From positions 186,001 to 250,000 of the forward strand of contig CAYXJN010000003.1 of assembly GCA_964464605.1 (NCBI GenBank): a stretch of 64,000 nucleotides of DNA. Direction: 5' to 3'. Numbering within the stretch: position 1 is the stretch's first letter; every line of letters begins with the position of its first letter. The position numbers were made by a program, and so were the translations under genes. This stretch comes from an uncultured Ignavibacteriales bacterium (GTDB lineage Bacteria > Zixibacteria > MSB-5A5 > GN15 > FEB-12). The notes below the pieces were generated by a model, which saw only the letters and a program-made list of their open reading frames with translations, was not told the DNA's origin and searched no databases. Shown here one piece after another: positions 18,165-26,248 of the stretch.

Positions 18165-20609
18165 ATGGCCCGCTTCATCCGCACTTCTTTGCTCTTGATG
18201 GTGGTGAGTCTTGCTTTGACCGCCAGCCAGGCCTTAGCCGCTTACGGAACGATGAACTACCAGGGAAAACTTACCACCGCGGCTGACGTGGCAGTGCCGG
18301 ACGGCGCCTACCCGGCTCAATTTACGCTTTGGACCGATTCCCTCCTTGGTACACAGGTTTGGCTGGAGCAACAGGATATCAATGTTTCGAAGGGATTGTT
18401 TACAGCCGAACTAGGGAAAATCGTCAGTCTGGCCGATGTTTTCTCCCAGTACCCGAGTACCGACCTTTACTTGCAGGTTCAGGTTACAATAAGCGGATCA
18501 GCCCAAATACTACGTCCACGTATGCGGATTGCGACGGTACCCCATGCGCAGCTCAGCCGACGGTTGGTTGATGATACCATTACAACTACCGGGACTGCAA
18601 TCGTAGCAGGCGCCGCTCCTGACAGCGCAACGCGATTAGTTATGAGTACAGAAGATTTTGGAGATACGGATAGCCTGGTGCTTTCCACCGAACGAAAATC
18701 TGGATCGGTTATACTCACCGACAGAATGGGTCAGGAAGTGATGCGCACCGGGATGCACGTTGACGGTGAAGGGGATTCGATTCTCTTCGATCAATCAGTT
18801 TTGGATAATGGTTCTTTAGTATCCGGGTATAGTGCCAAAACCGGAAAAACCGGTTCGACCAAACGGCTCGTTTTCGTTTCCGGTAGTTCCGGATCGTCAT
18901 CACGCGAATATGCAAACGCTGATTCTGCCGGATCAGAGTCGCAAGCAAAAGAAGGAACGGTAACGGTCAAATATACGGCCAAAGCCGGCAAAACCGGATC
19001 AACAAAGCGCATGATATATCAGGATGGTGGCGATGAGGCGTCTTCGTCGGAAAGTGCAGACGCCGATTCAGTTGTATTTGAACAGTCGTATAAAACTGCT
19101 ACAACAGAGATAAAATACAAAGCGAAACAGGGAACAACCGGTTCCGCCAAACGGGAATCCGCGTCAAGCGGCGGCGATTCGTCCTCATCCGATGAATTTA
19201 CTGATCCGGATTCTCTTGTCAGTGCCGACACGATCAAACAAAACGGTGATGTTCTGGTAGTGTATAAAGCTACGACGGGCAAAACCGGCAAAGCAATATC
19301 ATCGTTGCGTGTTATTCCCGGTACCGGTTCTGAATCTGAAACGAACGAATTTGAATCAGCCGATTCCGCGGTATCCGAAGAAACCTATGATGTGAACGGA
19401 CAACAATTAGCGTTGTACAAAGCCAAACAAGGGAAAAGCGGAAGCGCGTCCGGTAAGCGGCTTATCGGCGGCGGCTCTTCTTCATCTTCCGATGATACAC
19501 ATACCCCTGATTCAATTGCGCATGCTGATTCAATCTCGAACGGTAGTGATTTATCTTCATCCGCATCAACACTTACAGGCGCCAAATTGGCTATAAAACT
19601 TAACTTTGGTCGTACGGGAAGCAGCTCTATTTCAACAAGACAGCAAACCGTTGACTCAACCGTCTCTTCAGATTCAGTTTCAAGCGGCGCACAATACTTG
19701 ACATACAAAGCAAAACAGGGGAAAACCGGAAGCGCCAAACAATCCAGAATTGTTGATGACAACGACGAATCTTCTTCTTCCGAGCGCATGACCGCCGATT
19801 CGATTATTACGGTTCATTCTGTTAATGACAATGCTGGTTCCTATGCGACATACACCGCAAAAACCGGCAAGACCGGAAAAACCAAAGATTGCAAGATCGT
19901 TGATAATGACGATGAATCCTCCTCATCCGAACGCATGGCAGTTGATTCGATTGTCCATGAAGAGAATTCCATTGTTAACGGCATTGTCGTAACCCAGTAC
20001 ACCGCGAAACAGGGCAGTACCGGCAGAACAAAGCGGACAATGCAAAACTCCGGCGGACATGAGTACGCATCTGTCGAAGAAGTCGACAACAACGGTTCTC
20101 GGTTGTATCTGACAACTGACAACGGCGGCGGTACACCGCTGGATACTGGATTCTATGCCGATGACAATGGTACCGTATATGCCGGCGCAAAGGTCGGTAT
20201 TGGCGTCAGTACGCCGACCCATCCGCTCCAGTTGAGTTCCGGAGCGCATTGCACGGCTGGCGGTACGTTTACCAACGCCTCAGATGTAAACTTGAAAGAA
20301 AATTTCCAGCCGGTCGATGAAGCTGCGTTACTTGATAAAGTCGAGCAGCTCCCCATTACTCAGTGGAACTATAAAAATGAAGGTGACAACGTCACCCACA
20401 TCGGCCCTACCGCTCAGGATTTCAAGGCGATCTTCGGCGTTGGTGACAACGACAAATCAATCTCTACCATCGATCCGGCCGGTATCGCTCTTGCCGCTAT
20501 CAAAGAACTGCGTAAAGAAAACCGGGATTTAAAGAGCGAAAACGCTGAACTGAAGAAGCGGCTGGATGATTTACAGAAAATGGTCGAAGCCTTAGCTGCC
20601 AAAAGATAG
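18165..20609 (+). CDS. Secreted repeat fibre protein with C-terminal peptidase S74 intramolecular chaperone
   Basis: Signal peptide; N-terminal MNYQGKLT...GLFTAELG domain; ~48-aa repeats; KVGIGVSTP; ASDVNLKEN autocleavage motif; WNYK, HIGPTAQDF and a C-terminal coiled coil. AGGAG RBS. Confidence 0.85.
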   Translation: MARFIRTSLLLMVVSLALTASQALAAYGTMNYQGKLTTAADVAVPDGAYPAQFTLWTDSLLGTQVWLEQQDINVSKGLFTAELGKIVSLADVFSQYPSTDLYLQVQVTISGSAQILRPRMRIATVPHAQLSRRLVDDTITTTGTAIVAGAAPDSATRLVMSTEDFGDTDSLVLSTERKSGSVILTDRMGQEVMRTGMHVDGEGDSILFDQSVLDNGSLVSGYSAKTGKTGSTKRLVFVSGSSGSSSREYANADSAGSESQAKEGTVTVKYTAKAGKTGSTKRMIYQDGGDEASSSESADADSVVFEQSYKTATTEIKYKAKQGTTGSAKRESASSGGDSSSSDEFTDPDSLVSADTIKQNGDVLVVYKATTGKTGKAISSLRVIPGTGSESETNEFESADSAVSEETYDVNGQQLALYKAKQGKSGSASGKRLIGGGSSSSSDDTHTPDSIAHADSISNGSDLSSSASTLTGAKLAIKLNFGRTGSSSISTRQQTVDSTVSSDSVSSGAQYLTYKAKQGKTGSAKQSRIVDDNDESSSSERMTADSIITVHSVNDNAGSYATYTAKTGKTGKTKDCKIVDNDDESSSSERMAVDSIVHEENSIVNGIVVTQYTAKQGSTGRTKRTMQNSGGHEYASVEEVDNNGSRLYLTTDNGGGTPLDTGFYADDNGTVYAGAKVGIGVSTPTHPLQLSSGAHCTAGGTFTNASDVNLKENFQPVDEAALLDKVEQLPITQWNYKNEGDNVTHIGPTAQDFKAIFGVGDNDKSISTIDPAGIALAAIKELRKENRDLKSENAELKKRLDDLQKMVEALAAKR
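18828..20045 (+). repeat. Tandem 48-51-aa protein repeats, eight clear and one degenerate
   Basis: Y[KTS]A[KT]xG[KTS][TS]G cores start at 18828, 18972, 19116, 19263, 19416, 19704, 19851 and 19998. Steps are 144-153 nt, with one 288-nt double step. Confidence 0.85.
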
Positions 20610-20625
20610 CCATACGTTTCACGGT

Positions 20626-20659
20626 AAAAAAAGAGCGAGTGCAAACTCGCTCTTTTTTT
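20626..20659. terminator. Bidirectional terminator
   Basis: A7-GAGCGAGT-GCAA-ACTCGCTC-T7. Confidence 0.9.
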
Positions 20660-20669
20660 GCGCACACTT

Positions 20670-22541
20670 TTATGAGCCGAGATGATCCTGTATCACGCTG
20701 GGAGGCAAGGCAGCGCGCAACGCATTAAAGACGGCGGCGACATCGATGATTTCCTGCGCGATAGCGCCACCGACCGGATTCAAAAAGCCAAAAGCCGCGA
20801 AAAGCATGCCGATCACGCTTAACGACATCCCGCCTACTGCGCTTTGCAATGCAATAGTCCGCATCCGGCGACTGATATGCATGCACTCATCCACTTTAGC
20901 AAGCGAATTGTCCATAACGACTGCTCCGGCTGCTTCGGAAGTCACTTCACTTTTTCCGCCGATAGCAATGCCGACCGTAGCCGCCATCATCGCAGGAGCG
21001 TCATTGATCCCGTCTCCTACATAGAGCGTATTCGCTTTTTCCGTTTCAGCCCGAACGATACTTAGTTTTTCTTCCGGCGTCTTTTGTGCGTAGATTTCAT
21101 TGATACCGACTTGATCAGCCAGATAACGCACTTCCGATTCCCGGTCACCGGAAACAATTATGACACGCTGGAACTCATGTTTCGGTTTAAGATGCTGAAT
21201 GAACGACTTACTCTCACCCCGGGCGGCATCACGAAAGCGCAAGGTAGCTGCATAGGTATCGTTGATAAGCATAATGCACTCCAACCCGCTGCTGTGTTCG
21301 GGAAGCTGCGCGATATTGACTATCTGCCTCCCCTTCAATTTTCCTCTGCCGGTAATTTCGATAGTTTGTTCTTTAACTTTTCCGCGAAGTCCGTGACCGG
21401 GCGGTTCATTGACTTCGCTTGCATCCATGAGTTCAATTTGCTGTTCTTCCGCTTTTGTGAGTACTGCTTGTGCCAGAGGATGTTTTGAATACCGCTCCAG
21501 CGTTGCGGCAAAAGCTAAAACTTCCGACTGCTGAAATCCGGTTGCGGTAACAATCTCAGTGAGTTTTGGTTCACCGGTTGTCAGGGTTCCGGTTTTATCG
21601 AAGATCGCTGTTCGGCATTTGGAAATACGCTCAAGTACAATAGGGCTTTTAATGATAATCGCGCGCCGTGCACACAAGGAAATCGATCCGATAATGGCCA
21701 CCGGAATAGCAATCAATAACGGGCACGGAGTTGCAACAACCAGTACAGCCAAAAACCGGGTTGCTTCGCCGCTTACACTCCACGCAATCAATGCTAACGC
21801 AACCGCCAGCGGCGTGTACCATGCGCCTAATTGGTCCCCCAGCCGACGGAGCCGCGGTCGCATCTGTTCCGACTCATGCATGACCGCCATTATTTTTGCG
21901 TAGCGTGAATCGGCCGCTTTTTCCGTTGCTGTAATGACCAAAACTGAATCTCCGTTGATCGCCCCGGAAATTACCGTTGTACCCGCCGTTTTGGTCAATT
22001 TGAACGGTTCACCGGTGAGGTATGATTCATCCATCACACCATGCCCTTCGATCACGATGCCATCCACGGGACAGGTTTCATGCGGATACACAATGATCGT
22101 GTCACCGACCATGATATCAGTAACGGCAACATCGGCAATGCCGGATCCGATTCGGCGGTGCGCCGTTGACGGCATACGTTTGGCCAGTGCGCGCAGCACC
22201 GATGACGCGCTGTGCAGGGCATACCGCTCCAGCGCTTCCCCGCCGGAAAGCATTAACACCACAATCGACCCGGCCAAATACTCGCCAAGAATAACCGACG
22301 TAACAATCGATATCCCCGCCAGCAAATCGGAGCCAAATTGTCGTCTTACGAGTTTGATCGCTAACTCGCCGACAAGCGGAATACCGCCAAACACGAGAAC
22401 GATATACAACGGGATGTTGGAAGTATCAGTCGCGTAATAAAACGCGTAACGCAGCAAAAGCGATATGGCAATACCAAGCAGAGAAACAACGGCTATAATG
22501 CCGTCTCTCTGTCGGTGAATCTGGCTAATCAGCGTTTTCAT
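20670..22541 (-). CDS. Heavy-metal translocating P1B-type ATPase (P1B-5-like)
   Basis: LTGEP, VVATPCPL, DKTGTLT, SKHP, GDGINDAP and QEIID motifs. No N-terminal HMA domain. Confidence 0.92.
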   Translation of the reverse strand: MKTLISQIHRQRDGIIAVVSLLGIAISLLLRYAFYYATDTSNIPLYIVLVFGGIPLVGELAIKLVRRQFGSDLLAGISIVTSVILGEYLAGSIVVLMLSGGEALERYALHSASSVLRALAKRMPSTAHRRIGSGIADVAVTDIMVGDTIIVYPHETCPVDGIVIEGHGVMDESYLTGEPFKLTKTAGTTVISGAINGDSVLVITATEKAADSRYAKIMAVMHESEQMRPRLRRLGDQLGAWYTPLAVALALIAWSVSGEATRFLAVLVVATPCPLLIAIPVAIIGSISLCARRAIIIKSPIVLERISKCRTAIFDKTGTLTTGEPKLTEIVTATGFQQSEVLAFAATLERYSKHPLAQAVLTKAEEQQIELMDASEVNEPPGHGLRGKVKEQTIEITGRGKLKGRQIVNIAQLPEHSSGLECIMLINDTYAATLRFRDAARGESKSFIQHLKPKHEFQRVIIVSGDRESEVRYLADQVGINEIYAQKTPEEKLSIVRAETEKANTLYVGDGINDAPAMMAATVGIAIGGKSEVTSEAAGAVVMDNSLAKVDECMHISRRMRTIALQSAVGGMSLSVIGMLFAAFGFLNPVGGAIAQEIIDVAAVFNALRAALPPSVIQDHLGS

Positions 22542-22614
22542 ATTGTCGGTACCTGAAACAGGTAACGCAAAATGGAAAACGAGTCAACGTAATTTTCTGC
22601 AGGAATGGGGCGGG

Positions 22615-23718
22615 TTAATTTTTTCGGAATGTTTTCGTTAAAACCGAGCTGACCGCCAGTAATGCGGCGCGTGTTTGGTCAGTCGCGCAATTAGCAACGA
22701 CGAGGGTAGCAAGGTTTCTCTCTTTTTGTACCACCATTACGGCATAACAGATGTTCGATACATTCCCGAAATGAAACGAGGTGTGCGTACTGTCGCTATT
22801 GACCTGATTGTACCAGCCGAGGGAATAGTTTGGTAATCCATAATGCATCAACTCGAAACTCTGTTGGTCGAGCGTTTTGATTTTACCCTGTAACCCTCTC
22901 AATTGAACCTGCAGGTAATTGGCGAAATCCGGAACGGTGAGATTAACATTCCCACCTGCCGCCAAGAATACCGGCAGCATATGCGCGCCGTATTGCACGT
23001 CATCTGCGGACAACGGTTTCAAACTTTCGGGGGTGTGACACCAGGGCTGCAAACTGTCTTTTATGTTCGGGAACGAAAACCCGGCGGAAATACCGAAATT
23101 TTCATAGAGCGTTGTTTCGACCAACACCTCCCACGGCTTACCACTCACTTTTTCGAGCATGAGCGCGGCCAATGTGTATCCAGCATTGGAATATTGAAAC
23201 GAATCAGCTACCGGTTCCAAAGTCAGAACAAATTGGGCAAACGGAACTGTTGCTGTCGGATCAAAAAGACCGATTTCTCTCGGTATCTTTGCTAATTCAT
23301 CCCCCGACTCAAACGGCTGTATCCGTGCGCGATGCGACAAGAGCTGTTGCAGGGTGATATCCGCATACTCCGGTCGGCTGGTTTCTTTGAGTTTTGGGTA
23401 TAGGTCAAAAAACTTCGTGTCCCAACTTATCTGTTTTTTCTGAACTAACATTGCGGCCATGAGGGCGGTGACTGATTTGGTGCATGAGCCGATCATAAAC
23501 CGGTCGTTCATGGTGGCACGATGTTTGTCGGAACCCCATCGCTGCACCCCGACCACTCCGGCGCGGAACATGGAGTCGGCACTGACGATCGCATACCCAA
23601 TTTCGGGGATGTTATTGGCGATCCGTATGGAATCAACCCTGCTGTGCAGGTCATCAGCGGAGACGGAAGCGGAAATCAATAAGGCTGTTATAAAAAGCAG
23701 AATGCGAAACCGTTTCAT
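22615..23718 (-). CDS. Secreted serine hydrolase, beta-lactamase/class C-like family
   Basis: Signal peptide; FxIGSCTK (SxxK), LLSHR, YSNAGY and HFG motifs. Confidence 0.88.
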   Translation of the reverse strand: MKRFRILLFITALLISASVSADDLHSRVDSIRIANNIPEIGYAIVSADSMFRAGVVGVQRWGSDKHRATMNDRFMIGSCTKSVTALMAAMLVQKKQISWDTKFFDLYPKLKETSRPEYADITLQQLLSHRARIQPFESGDELAKIPREIGLFDPTATVPFAQFVLTLEPVADSFQYSNAGYTLAALMLEKVSGKPWEVLVETTLYENFGISAGFSFPNIKDSLQPWCHTPESLKPLSADDVQYGAHMLPVFLAAGGNVNLTVPDFANYLQVQLRGLQGKIKTLDQQSFELMHYGLPNYSLGWYNQVNSDSTHTSFHFGNVSNICYAVMVVQKERNLATLVVANCATDQTRAALLAVSSVLTKTFRKN

Positions 23719-23985
23719 GCAAGAAAGGTATGCTTATTTTTTGTAAAAACAAGCCTGGCAATAAAGACACAAAATGTTGGTTGGAGAAACTTGAAAGAGA
23801 TGAAAAGCGAAACAAGACTTACCTGTTAACTTATTCGGGCGGCATGTTCCAGGCGAGATTGGACATGCATCGTACAACTGCAGGGCGAGAGACTTTCCAG
23901 ACAAATGTACAGACGAGATAACCTGGAATAAGCCCCACAATAATCCACGCTACTGATAACATGACTGGTTCCTTTCAGGGTAGTT

Positions 23986-24016
23986 AAAGAGGAGGCCCGG
24001 ATGTGCTCCGGACCTC
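23986..24016 (-). terminator. Probable terminator after the RRM gene
   Basis: Minus-strand stem GAGGUCCGGA/UCCGGGCCUC followed by CTCTTT. Confidence 0.55.
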
Positions 24017-24034
24017 AACGTAGATTTCAGAATA

Positions 24035-24331
24035 CTAATTATTCTTGGTCTCAACGGTCGGTGCCGACGTCGGCGCCGGTGAAGCATCGGATTTACCTTT
24101 TGCTTCATTAACATTAAGTGTACGTCCGCCCAGGTCTTTGCCGTGCATACCGGCTATCGCCGCTTCTGCTTGCGCCTGAGTAGGCATTTCGACAAATCCA
24201 AATCCCTTTGGCTTGCCGTCAGCTTTGTCCATGATAATGTTGACCCGGGTAACTTCGCCGAATTTTTCAAACGAAGTACGCAGTTCCGGTTCCGTTGTCG
24301 CGTGCGCGAGGTTTCCTACGTAAATATTCAT
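24035..24331 (-). CDS. RNA-binding protein (RRM/RNP-1)
   Basis: RNP2 IYVGNL, RNP1 KGFGFVEM and GRTLNVNEA. AAGGAG RBS. Confidence 0.95.
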   Translation of the reverse strand: MNIYVGNLAHATTEPELRTSFEKFGEVTRVNIIMDKADGKPKGFGFVEMPTQAQAEAAIAGMHGKDLGGRTLNVNEAKGKSDASPAPTSAPTVETKNN

Positions 24332-24647
24332 ACCAGTCTCCTTTCGTCTATTGACACCGCCCGCGCTTCCTTTGCAGCATGAACGATCTCAATAACGTGG
24401 TTCTTGGCGCAAGATAGCGCCATGGTCACCAGATTAACGATTTGACAAGGATTGGTGTGCTAATTACAAGACTTGCGAAACAATCAATAACGTGACAGTT
24501 ATTCTTACTCTATATACATACAGTATCGGCAAATGACTACATATATCTCGTTAAAACCAATAATAAGACTGAATAAAGCATGCAATAGAGAGGTAAGTGG
24601 GGTGTGGGTGGGTGGTTAAGAGGAAAGTGTATACAAAAAAGTAATTC

Positions 24648-24675
24648 TTGACAGCTGACCTATGTAGGTTAGTTT
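24648..24675 (+). promoter_or_regulatory. Putative sigma70 promoter for the nucleotidyltransferase locus
   Basis: TTGACA-N16-TAGTTT. Confidence 0.5.
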
Positions 24676-24734
24676 TTAGCTCATGGGCAAGTTTCTTCTA
24701 CGAATAACCTGGGGCAACTTCATAAATCTTAGAG

Positions 24735-26129
24735 ATGTTCATGATTGAAAAAGATGAAATACGATTAAAAGCAAAGGAGTTTGAAACTCATGAAGCCAAC
24801 GTCGAACGTGATTATGTGTATGGTTGGGTTTTAGCAGGAATTTATAGTATTAGTGATCTACAATTTCAGTTCATTCTTAAAGGAGGTAATTGTTTAAGAA
24901 AAGGATATTTTGAAAATACACGCTTTTCAAATGACTTAGATTTTTCAATTTCGTCTTCTATAGACCAAAGCAAATTAATTATAGCTTTAAACCAAGTATG
25001 CGATTGGATACAGGAACAAAGCGGCATAGAATTTCTCAAAGATCGTAACATTATAAAAGCTAAGTCAGTTGCCTTTTCTCATAAAACAATTTACGAAGCT
25101 AAATTATATTTTAAGGACTTTTACGGCAACCCCAATTCAATTACTATTAGCATTCGACTCGACATTACCGAATTGGAGAAAATTTATCTCCCCATTCAAG
25201 AACGATTCATTATTCACCCATATTCTGACGCAAACCAGCTTCACATCCCAATCAAGTGTATGAAACTTGAAGAAATTTTAGCAAACAAATTGATTTGCAT
25301 GCTTCAAAGACGTCAAACTCAAGATTTATATGATTTTGTTTTTTCATTTGTTATGAATAATTCGATAGAGATTAATCGCTCGGAAATTGTTACGACTTTC
25401 TTAAAAAAGACAATTTTCGAACCAAGTCCGGGGGTAGTACGAAACCTGCTAGTTGAATTACCGATTGAAGTATTGAACTCAGTATGGAATAAGTATATAG
25501 CTTGTCCTATAGCAGGGGTTATCACTTTCAGTGATGCAGTATTGCAATTTCGAACAGTTGCAGAAGCACTCTTTGGTGGTCTTCCTGCAGGAAGATCGCA
25601 GCTCTCATATTTTCCTTCTGCATTGAGAACACCAATTATGGATGCAGGGCGGGACATGAAATTACTTTCGCTAACTTATGATGGGGTGACCAGAAAAGTT
25701 GAACCTTATTCTCTCGTTTTTAAACGAAGACAAGACGGAGAGGCACATGAATATTTCTACGGATATGACCAGACGGGAGGACGCAATAGCGGCCCGGATA
25801 TAAAATCCTTTTTTCACTACAAAATTCAAAATCTAGTGATTTTAGATGAAAAATTTGAACCGAGATACGAAATTGAGTTATCTAAGGCTGGAGAGCTTGG
25901 AGATAAAACATATTTTAGTCGTCCGTTTTCAAGAAAAGGTAATCCAACTTCTTCATTTCGACTAAGAGCGTCAAGGCAGCGCAATCGCTATAGCTCTGGC
26001 ACTATCTATAGAATCAAATGCATAGTATGCGGGAAAACTTTTACGAGAAGTACATATTCAACAAGAATCAATAAACATAAAGATCAATACGGCAACTACT
26101 GTTTGGGGCGAACTGGCTATTTGACTTGA
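24735..26129 (+). CDS. AbiEii/MenT-type nucleotidyltransferase fused to a WYL domain and a C-terminal Zn-finger
   Basis: N-terminus has ERDY, LKGGNCLRK, RFSNDLDFS and EEILANK..QDLYD. WYL-like LSLTYDGVTRKVEPYSL...YFYGYD...KSFFHYKIQNL at ~25630-25860. C-x2-C-x15-H-x7-C at 26019-26102. Markedly AT-rich. Start is 24735 or 24741. Confidence 0.85.
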   Translation: MFMIEKDEIRLKAKEFETHEANVERDYVYGWVLAGIYSISDLQFQFILKGGNCLRKGYFENTRFSNDLDFSISSSIDQSKLIIALNQVCDWIQEQSGIEFLKDRNIIKAKSVAFSHKTIYEAKLYFKDFYGNPNSITISIRLDITELEKIYLPIQERFIIHPYSDANQLHIPIKCMKLEEILANKLICMLQRRQTQDLYDFVFSFVMNNSIEINRSEIVTTFLKKTIFEPSPGVVRNLLVELPIEVLNSVWNKYIACPIAGVITFSDAVLQFRTVAEALFGGLPAGRSQLSYFPSALRTPIMDAGRDMKLLSLTYDGVTRKVEPYSLVFKRRQDGEAHEYFYGYDQTGGRNSGPDIKSFFHYKIQNLVILDEKFEPRYEIELSKAGELGDKTYFSRPFSRKGNPTSSFRLRASRQRNRYSSGTIYRIKCIVCGKTFTRSTYSTRINKHKDQYGNYCLGRTGYLT

Positions 26130-26248
26130 TAGATCAAACATATCAAGAAAACTTCATCTCCCCTCTTCCCCACCCCCTCATCTTTTTTGTATCTTAGGTG
26201 TATATACAGTACGAAACGAGTGTATGAAGCGAGTATGAAAGACTATCT

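Noticed and set aside
18165..20609. Prophage or tailocin locus
   Set aside because: It is a single gene with a signal peptide. No capsid, terminase, sheath, baseplate or integrase genes are nearby.
23730..23940. Overlapping 63-aa and 68-aa ORFs
   Set aside because: No convincing RBS or motifs; probably intergenic.
24405..24422. TGGCGC-N4-TTGC as a sigma54 promoter for the RRM gene
   Set aside because: GG-to-GC spacing is 9, not the required 10. It is just a short palindrome.
24523..24530. GCCGATAC box (minus strand) upstream of the RRM gene
   Set aside because: No matching sigma28 -35 element.
24588..26192. G-rich and C-rich flanks as terminal inverted repeats of a mobile element
   Set aside because: They do not align as true inverted repeats (sub-blocks are in opposite order), and there is no transposase or target duplication.
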